Made by a program: the position numbers and the translations under genes
In this document: positions 54,259 to 63,776 of the stretch, piece after piece
Numbering within the stretch: position 1 is the stretch's first letter
How the letters are laid out: each line of letters opens with the position of its first letter
The notes under the pieces: model-generated
Told to the model about the DNA's origin: nothing
Database searches by the model: none
The model's input: the letters and a program-made list of their open reading frames with translations, nothing else
DNA from: Candidatus Woesearchaeota archaeon
GTDB taxonomy: Archaea; Nanobdellota; Nanobdellia; Pacearchaeales; GW2011-AR1
NCBI GenBank assembly: GCA_964344105.1
Contig: CAYFMD010000002.1
Coordinates: 2,905-66,904 of the forward strand
DNA: 64,000 bases
Direction of reading: 5' to 3'

Positions 54259-54986
54259 TATCTTTTCTTCCTTCCTGTTTTCTTTGGTCTAATATGTCCA
54301 ACCTTTCTTCCTGGCGGTGCGTTTCTCTTAGCAATCTTGCTTTTAATTCTTTTTCCTCTTCCACCACCAAATGGATGATCGATAGCGTTAACCTTAACAG
54401 CACTTGTTCTATGCCACTTTCTACCTTGAGCTTTCATTCTATGGTGCTGCTTACCTGCCTTAACAATAGGTTTCATCTTTCTACCGTCTCCAGCAACAAT
54501 TCCAACAACAGCTCTACAATCTTCATTCAACTTTATCCTTCTTCTTCTAATCAATAATTCAACCTTGCCATTTTCATTTGAAGTAACAGTAGCAGAACTT
54601 CCACCAGCTCTCAATAACTTTCCACCCATTCCAGGAACGCTCTCAACATTGAAAACCTTAGTTCCAGTTGCCAAATCCTTCAACATCAAAACATCTCCAA
54701 CTTCAGGATCCTTATTCTCTGCTCTCTTACCAATACTAATTTCCTGACCTTCATAAACTCCCTCAGCAGCAGGTACAATAAATCTAGCCTTTTCTTTATC
54801 AGAAACTTTAACCTCAATCTCAGCCAATGGGCTAGTATGTCCAGCACTATTGAACAACTTAATTATCTTAGCTTGACCTTCAACCTTCAAAGCAGGATAA
54901 CTAATCTTATGTCTATAAGCTCTAGGCCTAACTCTGAAAGTCATACTTCCCTTTCCTCTAGCCTGTTGTGTTATTCTCTTAGCCAT
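54258..54986 (-). CDS. rpl2: 50S ribosomal protein uL2
   Basis: AIDHPFGGGRGKRIKSKIAKRNAPPGRKVGHIRP. Confidence 0.9.
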   Translation of the reverse strand: MAKRITQQARGKGSMTFRVRPRAYRHKISYPALKVEGQAKIIKLFNSAGHTSPLAEIEVKVSDKEKARFIVPAAEGVYEGQEISIGKRAENKDPEVGDVLMLKDLATGTKVFNVESVPGMGGKLLRAGGSSATVTSNENGKVELLIRRRRIKLNEDCRAVVGIVAGDGRKMKPIVKAGKQHHRMKAQGRKWHRTSAVKVNAIDHPFGGGRGKRIKSKIAKRNAPPGRKVGHIRPKKTGRKKR

Positions 54987-54987
54987 T

Positions 54988-55227
54988 TTATATCATTCCT
55001 AATGTTGTAGCAACATCAACTGCAAGATTGCTTGGATTTAGTTTAGCATAAACATATTTCTTATTCCCTCTAATCAAACTATTAACACTATCTACCTTAA
55101 CGTTGAATCCTTCCTCAATATCCTTCTTAACTTTATCCTTCTTCATTCTTCTATCTACTTCAAACACCAATGTGTTATTCATTTCAATCAATCTAACTGC
55201 CTTTTCTGATGTAACTGGTCTCAACAT
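54988..55227 (-). CDS. rpl23: 50S ribosomal protein uL23
   Basis: MLRPVTSEKAVRLIEMNNTLVFEVD. Confidence 0.8.
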   Translation of the reverse strand: MLRPVTSEKAVRLIEMNNTLVFEVDRRMKKDKVKKDIEEGFNVKVDSVNSLIRGNKKYVYAKLNPSNLAVDVATTLGMI

Positions 55228-56144
55228 TATTCTTCCTTCTCCTCAGATTTACTTTTAGCCTTATTTGCCTTTTTCTTAACATCCTTCTTCTTTCTAGCTT
55301 CATTCTTAACTTTTCTAGCATCAACTTTCTTCTCTTCCTTCTTACCCTCAGCCTTATCCTTCTTACTATCAAAAATCTTCTCCAAATCTGCAACAGCCTT
55401 CTCGCTGAATAGAGTCAATCTAGCTCCACCATCCGCTAAATCACTAACTTGCAAATCATTAACCTTCACAACATCAATTCCGTTAACATTCTTATCCTCA
55501 TCATTTCCAACAACAAATAACAAACCAGCATTTTGCTTATACTTTCTTCCTCTCATCTTACCCTTTCCAGCTCTAACACTCTTCTCTTGAATTGCAACTT
55601 CGTACAAATCTCCTAAGATCTTCTTTAAACTATCCAAGAACTCCTTAGTCTTTAATTCAACAACTTTATCTTCAATAACTAATGGGAAATCTCCAGATGC
55701 TTTATCAACTCTAGCATACTTACTCTCAATCTCCTTTGGAGTTGAAACATAAGTCAATGAACTCAATAGAGCCTTCAACATTTCCTTTCTGTTAACCTTA
55801 ACTAATCCAGTTGATCCCTTTGGAGGATGAGCTCTTCTACCGCCTCTAGTGAATGGAACAATTGCACCTTCCCATGAGAACTGAGTTCCCCTTCTCCAGA
55901 AAGCTTTCTTTGGCATTCTAGCCATTCCTCTTCCTCTGTCCGACTTCCAAGCATGTCTTAGATGTCTAACATTTCCTGAAGCAGATCTATCCATACCTGC
56001 TCTATAAGTATTTGAATAAGGCTGCTTTATTCTCTCAGCCTCTACAACCTTACTAATAATATCAATTCTTACTGGCTCTTCGAATAACTTAGTATCCATT
56101 TCCTTAACCTTCTTACCTTCCTTACTCAATACTTGAACTTTCAT
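55227..56144 (-). CDS. rpl4: 50S ribosomal protein uL4 with K-rich C-terminal tail
   Basis: Position and core, then KDKAEGKKEEKKVDARKVKNEARKKKDVKKK tail. Confidence 0.8.
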   Translation of the reverse strand: MKVQVLSKEGKKVKEMDTKLFEEPVRIDIISKVVEAERIKQPYSNTYRAGMDRSASGNVRHLRHAWKSDRGRGMARMPKKAFWRRGTQFSWEGAIVPFTRGGRRAHPPKGSTGLVKVNRKEMLKALLSSLTYVSTPKEIESKYARVDKASGDFPLVIEDKVVELKTKEFLDSLKKILGDLYEVAIQEKSVRAGKGKMRGRKYKQNAGLLFVVGNDEDKNVNGIDVVKVNDLQVSDLADGGARLTLFSEKAVADLEKIFDSKKDKAEGKKEEKKVDARKVKNEARKKKDVKKKANKAKSKSEEKEE

Positions 56145-57109
56145 CTTAACTCAATAAACTCCATATTTTTCTTAGCTTGATTTTTACTTCCTCTAACTGG
56201 CATTGTAAAAAACAATGGTCTCTTTGAAGGACCAGTCACAGAACCATGAACAATAACATAATCATTCTTAATCATTCCATATTTCTTGAAACCCTTATCA
56301 GGATTAATATTATCTTCCTCGATAGAACCAATCTTCAAAACCTTTCCATTATTGATAACTCTACTAAAGTAACCAGTTTGACCTGCCATTGGCTGAGTAT
56401 ATTCAACTCTAGCTGGATGCCATGGTCCTCCCGATCCAGGACCTCTAACTCCTTTCTCCGACTTATGAGATCTCAACTTCAATCCAAATCTTTTTGTTGG
56501 ACCTTGTGTACCCTTACCAATTGTAACTCCTCTAATATCTACCAAACCACTCTTCATAAAATTCTCATCCATAAACTCGCTAACTTTCATCTCCTTAGCA
56601 GCATTTTCCTTAATCCAATTAATCTTCTCTTCCTTGCTTCCGCTTAAAGCAACCTCAATCATATCTGGCTTCTTTTTAACTCCAGTCTTCTTAACTTGAC
56701 TGTATAAAATAACTCGAACATCGTCGTAATCATCTTCTTTAACATCCTCTATTTTCTTTTTAACTTCCTTAGGAAGCTTAACTTTTTTCTTAACTTCCTT
56801 ATCAATATTAGAATTTAGAACTTCACCCACCACCTTACCATTTTTGTAAAATCTTGTAGAAAAAATCTTAACCGTTGGGAACTCAATAATAGTCACCGGA
56901 ACAGTTATTCTTTGACCCTTAGTCAAAGAGCTTGAGCCATTGTCTCTCACAAAAGCACTCATCATCCCCACCTTATAACCAATAAAACCCAAAAGACCAA
57001 CACCATCTCTATTAAGGGTCTTGAAGCTCGCACTAGGAATAACCTTCGCTGCCCTCTTTCGAGGCCAGAACTGCAAACTTCCATGTCTCATATGTCCACG
57101 ATGTCCCAT
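56141..57109 (-). CDS. rpl3: 50S ribosomal protein uL3
   Basis: HRGHMRHGSLQFWPRKRA N-terminus, internal K-rich insert. Confidence 0.85.
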   Translation of the reverse strand: MGHRGHMRHGSLQFWPRKRAAKVIPSASFKTLNRDGVGLLGFIGYKVGMMSAFVRDNGSSSLTKGQRITVPVTIIEFPTVKIFSTRFYKNGKVVGEVLNSNIDKEVKKKVKLPKEVKKKIEDVKEDDYDDVRVILYSQVKKTGVKKKPDMIEVALSGSKEEKINWIKENAAKEMKVSEFMDENFMKSGLVDIRGVTIGKGTQGPTKRFGLKLRSHKSEKGVRGPGSGGPWHPARVEYTQPMAGQTGYFSRVINNGKVLKIGSIEEDNINPDKGFKKYGMIKNDYVIVHGSVTGPSKRPLFFTMPVRGSKNQAKKNMEFIELR

Positions 57110-57179
57110 ATTCTATCTTTCCGATTTGATTCTCAAATTTCTTTGCGAATTTAGTCACCTCCAGGTATATGATAATTAA

Positions 57180-57221
57180 CTCAGAAAAACGCTCCTGAGC
57201 TACTCAGTAAAAACCGAGCGC
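57180..57221 (-). terminator. nested inverted repeats followed by a T5 run on the transcribed strand, between the 57301 gene and rpl3
   Basis: CTCAG/CTGAG and CGCTC/GAGCG inverted repeats flanking U-runs. Could be a terminator for the upstream gene or an r-protein leader structure. Confidence 0.3.
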
Positions 57222-57300
57222 TATCAAAAACCCAAACCTAAGATACGTCTATCTTAGTATAAACTTGAAATTACCTACAAAAAAGGGTATTTAAAGCTTC

Positions 57301-58041
57301 CTAAACAGTAAATTCCTTCTCAACCACCTTCTCCTCACCATCCACAATTAACTTCCTCAAAACCTTACCTTTCCTCTTAGCATCTTCTTTAATCTTAGCA
57401 TAATCCTCTCCAGCCTCCTTCTTAAGCTCATCACTTACAACAATCTCATCAATCATGTATGTATGTCCTACTGTAACTTCCTTAAAATCCTTAACATCAA
57501 ATAATAAGCTATTAACAAGATCCTTATCATCAGTCTTCAACTTACAAAAATCAACTTTAATCTCAGCCTCTCCCTTACTACTTGGTTTAGCGCTTTTAGG
57601 AGACTTCGGCTTAATCTTCAACTCAGTATTCCCAACTTTAAAACTCAAACCAAAGAAACACTTTGGAAATTTATCCAGAAGCTCAACCATCTTGCTTCCA
57701 GTCATTTCTCTCTCTAAAACATATTTCTTAATTCCAAGAGCATTCTTCTTCTCATCATAATCAAACTGACCATCCAAATCAAGAGTAGTCATAATAACTC
57801 CACTAACCTTAACTTCATCATCTCCAATCTTCTCTGCCAAAAATCTAACCAACTCATTACTATATTCTGCAGTTGTCCCAATTCTAAAAATTCCTTTAGC
57901 CTGGGCCTTACAAGTCACCATCGCCTTATTCTTGAACTCTCCTCGACTAAACTTTACAAACTGCAAGTGAGCAAGATCATCTACCTCATCATCAAATATC
58001 TTGTTAATAAAAAACTTCATAACATAAGATCTTAATTTCAA
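57301..58041 (-). CDS. hypothetical protein upstream of the r-protein operon
   Basis: 246-aa ORF with no recognised motif. Confidence 0.4.
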   Translation of the reverse strand: MKLRSYVMKFFINKIFDDEVDDLAHLQFVKFSRGEFKNKAMVTCKAQAKGIFRIGTTAEYSNELVRFLAEKIGDDEVKVSGVIMTTLDLDGQFDYDEKKNALGIKKYVLEREMTGSKMVELLDKFPKCFFGLSFKVGNTELKIKPKSPKSAKPSSKGEAEIKVDFCKLKTDDKDLVNSLLFDVKDFKEVTVGHTYMIDEIVVSDELKKEAGEDYAKIKEDAKRKGKVLRKLIVDGEEKVVEKEFTV

Positions 58042-58093
58042 TTTATAAACCTTACCTTTAAATAAATAAAATTCCTAAAATAAAAAAGAGAAA

Positions 58094-58519
58094 ATGTTAA
58101 TGCCGCCTATCTTCATACTTTTGCACGTCTTTATTATAGCATTGATTCTAAACCTTGTTTGGGAATTTACTCACGCCATCCTCTATAAAACCTGTCTAAA
58201 AATGAACATTAGAGATGAAGCAAAACTTCTTTACAAAATGTCAACAAAGGATGCAATATTAGTTACAGTATTTTATGTTCTAAGCGGAGTTATATTCAAT
58301 AATATCAATCCATTCATCCATCTCCCACAATTATTCACTTTCATCGGATTTACGATAGTCTTCGCATACTTCGATGAGAGAATCTCAATTAAAAAAGGAA
58401 GGTGGAAATATGCTAAAGACATGCCTCTTCTTCTAAAGGTAGGAATAACACCCTTAGTTGAACTAGCAATAACTGGAACAATCACTTTAGCAATCATATT
58501 TTCATACGTTTCAATATAA
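58094..58519 (+). CDS. membrane protein (4 TM)
   Basis: Hydrophobic 141-aa ORF. Confidence 0.35.
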   Translation: MLMPPIFILLHVFIIALILNLVWEFTHAILYKTCLKMNIRDEAKLLYKMSTKDAILVTVFYVLSGVIFNNINPFIHLPQLFTFIGFTIVFAYFDERISIKKGRWKYAKDMPLLLKVGITPLVELAITGTITLAIIFSYVSI

Positions 58520-58743
58520 TGGAAATCTTCAAAATAATCGGAATCATTGGACTTCTCTTAATAATTTCAGGGGTTCTAATAAAAAAGAAAAACAGAAAAC
58601 TTCGAGATAAAATCTACATTCTCGGAGGCCTTTGTCTAGCCGCCTACAGCTATCATATTATGGATTATATTTTCATAACACTTCAATTAGTTTTCATAAT
58701 AGTAGCAATCTATGATCTGATTAGAATTAATCACAATCCTTAA
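58519..58743 (+). CDS. small membrane protein (2 TM)
   Basis: 74-aa hydrophobic ORF coupled to the previous one. Confidence 0.3.
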   Translation: MEIFKIIGIIGLLLIISGVLIKKKNRKLRDKIYILGGLCLAAYSYHIMDYIFITLQLVFIIVAIYDLIRINHNP

Positions 58744-58773
58744 AATTTTATATTTTTAGGAGATGGAAAATTA

Positions 58774-59892
58774 TCAAAAATTTTCCATATTAATGAACCG
58801 ATGACCTTCTTCAGAAATATTATAATTGATTAACTTAAACTTTCCTTCTAGTTCCGCTCTAACTCTTAACAATATTTCTGGATCTGCAGAATATACCATA
58901 ACTGATCCTCCACCTCCTCCCAGCGGAAAACAAACTGCTCCATGTTTCTTACAAACCTCGTCAATCTGATTAGCCCCCGGACTCATATAATATTCACACA
59001 ATTTTTTTCTAATCGTAACATAATCTTCAACAGGCTTCTCAATAGCCTTCCAATCTTTATTTCTTATAGCCTCTCTATATGCATAAGCTAAATCCATTAA
59101 TTTTCTCTGCAACTTAAATCCTTCAACATTTCTCAATCCTTCTCTCCAAACAGCATTAACATCTGCACTAAATCTTTCTTGACAAAAATATACATCCAAC
59201 CTTTTTCTTAATTCAGGATAATCCTCTTTATTCAAGATAGTTTGTCTAATCGAACTACCATAAAAATTTCCTTCTCCAGGAATTCCATATGGGAACCAAA
59301 TGTAATCTCTCACTCCTCCATAAACCGCACAGCTTTGCTCTTGAGTACCTGTCAAACTAACTCCAAAATCCTCTTCAATCATTGAGGCCATCCCAACTAT
59401 CTGGTCATTATTGTATTTATTTCCAGTTAGCTTATTAGCAAACAACGCAACAGCAGTACTAACTGCAGCACTTCCTCCCATTCCAGCACTCTTAAACTTC
59501 GGATCATGATTTCTTATGGTAAACTTAACGCCATCTAATCCAAAAATGTTCATTAAGACCAAAAGATAATTTTCTTTGTTGTGAGTCACTTCATCCTTTT
59601 TAGCCAATCTAACATAATCATAATCCCAAGACTCTACACATAACATTCCTTTTTCTATTGGACTAGCAACAATATCTGTTCCAACATCAATAGAGATGCC
59701 TACTGTTCTGGGCATCTCTTCAGACCACTTCATCCTTTCATCATTTCTCTCAACATCATTATGCCTGTAATAAATATGCTGCCATGCTCTCATATCTAAA
59801 GTACTTCCCGGACCATCAATTCTCAAGAAAACTGTTATTCCTGGAAGCCTATCTTCCTCTTTGGCTTTCACCAATTTTTCATGTAAGTCCAT
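58774..59892 (-). CDS. GHMP-family kinase
   Basis: KFKSAGMGGSAAVSTAVAL (GHMP motif 2) and C-terminal CFPLGGGGGSVMVY. Confidence 0.6.
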   Translation of the reverse strand: MDLHEKLVKAKEEDRLPGITVFLRIDGPGSTLDMRAWQHIYYRHNDVERNDERMKWSEEMPRTVGISIDVGTDIVASPIEKGMLCVESWDYDYVRLAKKDEVTHNKENYLLVLMNIFGLDGVKFTIRNHDPKFKSAGMGGSAAVSTAVALFANKLTGNKYNNDQIVGMASMIEEDFGVSLTGTQEQSCAVYGGVRDYIWFPYGIPGEGNFYGSSIRQTILNKEDYPELRKRLDVYFCQERFSADVNAVWREGLRNVEGFKLQRKLMDLAYAYREAIRNKDWKAIEKPVEDYVTIRKKLCEYYMSPGANQIDEVCKKHGAVCFPLGGGGGSVMVYSADPEILLRVRAELEGKFKLINYNISEEGHRFINMENF

Positions 59893-59969
59893 GCTAAATT
59901 TACCTAAAATTCATATTTAAGGATTTATGTTTACTAAACATTATTAAATGACATTTAGCTATTACTAGC

Positions 59970-61022
59970 ATGCTAAAAGGGGATAATGTTCGAGACATTC
60001 TAAACTATTTACTAGTAATTGGAATCTTCATACTAGCCTTTCTAGTAATAAGGCCAATATTCTTCGCAATAATTTATGGATTGCTGTTTGCATACATTTT
60101 ATCTCCAATATACAGATTTGTAAGAAGAAAACTGGGAAATGAAAACCTGGCTGCGTTAGTTGTTTGCTTAGGAATATTTGTCCTAGTTACAGTAGTTTTT
60201 GGAATCCTCCTAGGAACCATGTTCAATCAAATAATAAATGTGTATTTTGCCGCTCAAAAAATAAATCTAACTAAAATCTTAGAGGCCATGCTCCCTCTTT
60301 CTTCAGAGATTTCATCTAACTTAGCAAACTCTATTGAGGTGTCTTTCTCAAACCTTCTAACGAGTTATGCTAGCAAGATCGGAGACATAATCTTCAACTT
60401 ACCTAATTTGCTACTTCAACTACTTGTAGTTTTCTTAATATTATTCTATTCTCTAAGAGATGGAGAAAAGGCAACAAAATATCTAAAGGGATTGTCTCCA
60501 ATGAGAAGAGACGTACAAGCAAAATTCTCACAACACTTTAAGGACATCACAAATTCTGTTTTAGTCGGTCAAATTGTTGTAGGGGTTATACAGGGAATAG
60601 TGGCAGGAATTGGTTATTTCATTTTCGGAGTTCCAAATGCTTTGTTAATGACTGTACTAACAATGATCATAGGAGTTGTTCCAATAATCGGCCCTTGGCT
60701 AGTTTGGATACCAATAGATATCTATCTATTCACAGCAGACAGAACTGGAGCAGGTTTGGGGTTATTCCTCTACGGACTTTTCCTAATTAACTGGGTAGAT
60801 ACAATAATCAGACCAATGATAGTATCAAGAAGAACTCAAATCAATCCAGCAATAATCTTAATAGGGATGATCGGTGGACTATACGTATTCGGCCTATTGG
60901 GATTAATCATTGGACCATTAATCTTAGCTTACGTAATACTTGTAATGGAACTTTACAGAAAACAATCTTTCGGAGATGACATTATCTTCAAGAAGATAAA
61001 AGACTACAATCCTTTTAGGTAA
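59970..61022 (+). CDS. AI-2E family transporter (PerM/UPF0118)
   Basis: 8 TM helices with VGQIVVGVIQGIVAGIGYFIFGVPNALLMTVL and PIIGPWLVWIP. Confidence 0.65.
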   Translation: MLKGDNVRDILNYLLVIGIFILAFLVIRPIFFAIIYGLLFAYILSPIYRFVRRKLGNENLAALVVCLGIFVLVTVVFGILLGTMFNQIINVYFAAQKINLTKILEAMLPLSSEISSNLANSIEVSFSNLLTSYASKIGDIIFNLPNLLLQLLVVFLILFYSLRDGEKATKYLKGLSPMRRDVQAKFSQHFKDITNSVLVGQIVVGVIQGIVAGIGYFIFGVPNALLMTVLTMIIGVVPIIGPWLVWIPIDIYLFTADRTGAGLGLFLYGLFLINWVDTIIRPMIVSRRTQINPAIILIGMIGGLYVFGLLGLIIGPLILAYVILVMELYRKQSFGDDIIFKKIKDYNPFR

Positions 61023-61088
61023 AGAATAAATATCTCAATAAAATTACCCAACCGGCCTTATATTAAACTAGATTAAAGAAACTCAAGA

Positions 61089-61823
61089 TCAAGCGCATTT
61101 ATAATCTTCATTACTAAAGTCCCAAGTACAAATCTCATCATCTCTGCACATTTCCTTAACTATTTCATAGGTAGTAGTATCTACACAATCTCCTGCACCG
61201 CAACTGGAAACTGTCCGAACCTCCAAAACTTGAGAGACATCTTCCGAACACTCTGTTGTTACAACTGTTGGACGGCAAAGAACACTATGTCCTTGTTTAA
61301 TACGACATTCTCCTCCAAAACAATGCATGCAGTTAGGATAAATGCTTGGATTACTTGGATCATACTCAGAATCGCAATCTGCATGAGATGAACAAGCTAT
61401 TCCAGTCGAACCAGGGTTCTTCTCAATTGGATCTTCCGGAATCTCCTCTTCAGCACCTTCAGGCCCTTCTTCAACACATATCCCTTCTAAACAAGTACCC
61501 TCATAACCGAAATTATCGTCAGTACATGATTCACCATTATTAACATACTCATCTTTCTCTTCATCACAACACTCATCATCATCAAATGACTTACAAAAAA
61601 TAATTCCCAACTCCTCTTCCTTATCATCTCCTACAAAAAGCTCCCCAAACAATCCTCCCAAGGGTCCTGGGCCAATCGTTCCCAACCCATCTTCGCTCTC
61701 ACCATCTCCACTAAAATTCATAACTAACAAAAAAGCAACTAAAAGAACAACTACTCCAATAACTAAATTCCTATTAAAACCATTATTAGAATTTTTCTTA
61801 TCAACACTCTTTTTCTTAGCCAT
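61089..61823 (-). CDS. cysteine-rich secreted protein, family member 3 (short)
   Basis: Leader MAKKKSVDKKNSNNGFNRNLVIGVVVLLVAFLLV, then an acidic Cys-rich domain. Confidence 0.55.
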   Translation of the reverse strand: MAKKKSVDKKNSNNGFNRNLVIGVVVLLVAFLLVMNFSGDGESEDGLGTIGPGPLGGLFGELFVGDDKEEELGIIFCKSFDDDECCDEEKDEYVNNGESCTDDNFGYEGTCLEGICVEEGPEGAEEEIPEDPIEKNPGSTGIACSSHADCDSEYDPSNPSIYPNCMHCFGGECRIKQGHSVLCRPTVVTTECSEDVSQVLEVRTVSSCGAGDCVDTTTYEIVKEMCRDDEICTWDFSNEDYKCA

Positions 61824-61859
61824 CTTTTCAAAATCTAAAACCCTTTTTATTATTTAAAT

Positions 61860-62723
61860 CTATGGGCGAGGCCCACAATGATTCTCAGAATAGTCCTCAT
61901 CATCCACTACGCACTTTGGATTCTCAAAATCACAACCTATATCAACCAGTTCTGCTCTTAATTCGGGATCAAACCCTCTATCAATAGCTTTTCTTTGATC
62001 ATAAGGTACACAAGAAACACAAACTGGGATTTTTTGAGGATCTGTCTCACCAACCTTTGGATATTCCCAAGGATCTTTTTTATAACAAAATGGTTTATCT
62101 ATTGTACAACCTTTATTTGGGCCTTGAACACTAACTAATGTACCATCTGGAAGTTCTATAGGGGGATTCAAAGGAATGTTTGGTGCAAAATTAAAGTCAC
62201 CTTTTTTACTATTTACTCCATTGTGCAGCTCAGTCTTATAATATCTTTCACCTAGGCTGCAAGTCTGACAATCACCAGGGCAATTAAACATATTTTCTCC
62301 ATAGTTCCTAGTATCGCACCTACCATCATTATTACAGGGGCCTTCAAAGTCATCTCTATCTTCATCATCCTCAGAACAAACGCCATCTAAACATATTCCT
62401 TGACCTCCATCTTCTAATAAGCAAAATGTATAATCTGGAACATTATCTCCTCTCAGCTTGCAACCATCTTCTTCTTCATCCGCCTCTGCAGGAGCATCAT
62501 CAAATAACCAGCCCATAATAGATCTAAGAAAACCAAAGCTCTCTGAAGCCTCTTCAAAAGAAGGCGTGTCTCTTTCATCAGGATCTTCCACACTATCTGC
62601 AAAAGTAGCATTACCAGTTATCCCTCCAGAACTAAAAATAAAGATCCATAGTAAAACTACTACTATCCCCAAGATTAAATTCTTATTAATTTCTTTTTTC
62701 TGACTATTTTTCTTCTTAGCCAT
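61860..62723 (-). CDS. cysteine-rich secreted protein, family member 4
   Basis: Leader MAKKKNSQKKEINKNLILGIVVVLLWIFIFSSGGITGNATFADS. C-terminal module FAPNIPLNPPIELPDGTL..GPNKGCTIDKPFCYKK shared with the next gene. Confidence 0.6.
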   Translation of the reverse strand: MAKKKNSQKKEINKNLILGIVVVLLWIFIFSSGGITGNATFADSVEDPDERDTPSFEEASESFGFLRSIMGWLFDDAPAEADEEEDGCKLRGDNVPDYTFCLLEDGGQGICLDGVCSEDDEDRDDFEGPCNNDGRCDTRNYGENMFNCPGDCQTCSLGERYYKTELHNGVNSKKGDFNFAPNIPLNPPIELPDGTLVSVQGPNKGCTIDKPFCYKKDPWEYPKVGETDPQKIPVCVSCVPYDQRKAIDRGFDPELRAELVDIGCDFENPKCVVDDEDYSENHCGPRP

Positions 62724-62732
62724 TTTTCAAAT

Positions 62733-63692
62733 CTACCTATAAGGCCCACAATAATTTTCTGTAGGATCTTCCTCGCCCTTACAATAGTGTTCTCCTGCTT
62801 TACCTGAGCACCCTATACCCACCTCTGCCTTTGCCCAATTTTTTGGATAATTTCCTTTCCCAATTTTCTCATTTGATGGAACACAAGCAACACAAGTCTG
62901 ACTAGTCTGACCGATCTTACTACTGCCTAGGGGGAGTGGTCCAGTAAATTTCTTATAGCAAAATGGTTTATCTATAGTACAACCTTTATTGGGTCCTACG
63001 ACTGTAATCAAAGAACCATCAGGAAGTTCTATAGGAGGATTCAATGGAATATTTGGCGCAAAAATATTTTCAGGAGTTGTTTTTGAATTCACCTCATAGT
63101 AATTGCCAATCACACAATGCTTACAATCGCTAGGACAATTCTCCATACTTTCTCCGTAAGTCTGGGTATCGCATATACCATCATTATTACATTGCCCACA
63201 ATCATCCGGACAATTCTCCCTAGTTTCAAAATTATCTCTCCACTCACACACTCCATTATTATTACACGGCACTTCATCACCATATTCATTTTCATAATCT
63301 TCATCGCATATGCAACTTTCTCCATAATTGGGATGCTCTTCTGTTCTCCCGGGGTCTTCTTTGCATCTCCATTGCCTAGCACCAACCTCTTTGCATATAG
63401 TATTCAATGAAAGGGGATCTCCATTTTCTCCAAAACATTCCTCACTACATCCCCCTGGAATTTCACTAACTTCATTTTCTGCAGGAGCATCATCAAATAA
63501 CCATCCAACAGCTGCTCTAACCACTCCTTCTAAAAACCCTTCTTCTTCTAACTCTCCAATACTATCTGCAAAAGTTACATTCCCAGTTATCCCTCCTCTA
63601 AAAACAAAAAACAATATAACCAAAACTAATACTACTAACCCTGCAGCTAACCAATTCCTATTCACACCTTTTTTCTTTTTTGCCACAATCAA
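62733..63692 (-). CDS. cysteine-rich secreted protein, family member 5
   Basis: Leader (TTG start) IVAKKKKGVNRNWLAAGLVVLVLVILFFVFRGGITGNVTFADS. 22 Cys. Shares FAPNIPLNPPIELPDGSL..GPNKGCTIDKPFCYKK with member 4. Confidence 0.6.
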   Translation of the reverse strand: MIVAKKKKGVNRNWLAAGLVVLVLVILFFVFRGGITGNVTFADSIGELEEEGFLEGVVRAAVGWLFDDAPAENEVSEIPGGCSEECFGENGDPLSLNTICKEVGARQWRCKEDPGRTEEHPNYGESCICDEDYENEYGDEVPCNNNGVCEWRDNFETRENCPDDCGQCNNDGICDTQTYGESMENCPSDCKHCVIGNYYEVNSKTTPENIFAPNIPLNPPIELPDGSLITVVGPNKGCTIDKPFCYKKFTGPLPLGSSKIGQTSQTCVACVPSNEKIGKGNYPKNWAKAEVGIGCSGKAGEHYCKGEEDPTENYCGPYR

Positions 63693-63776
63693 ACAATAAA
63701 CTAAAACTAATATTTAAATCCATCTATAACTTAAATTTATAAACATCATATCACTATTCTAAAAAGAGGTGAACAA

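Noticed and set aside
57110-57300. Searched this spacer, plus 9586-9678, 20723-20811, 28826-28917 and 41749-41825, for tRNA genes
   Set aside because: No cloverleaf-compatible sequence with a GTTC/TTCGAATC-type T-arm and acceptor pairing was recognised. These are AT-rich promoter-like spacers.
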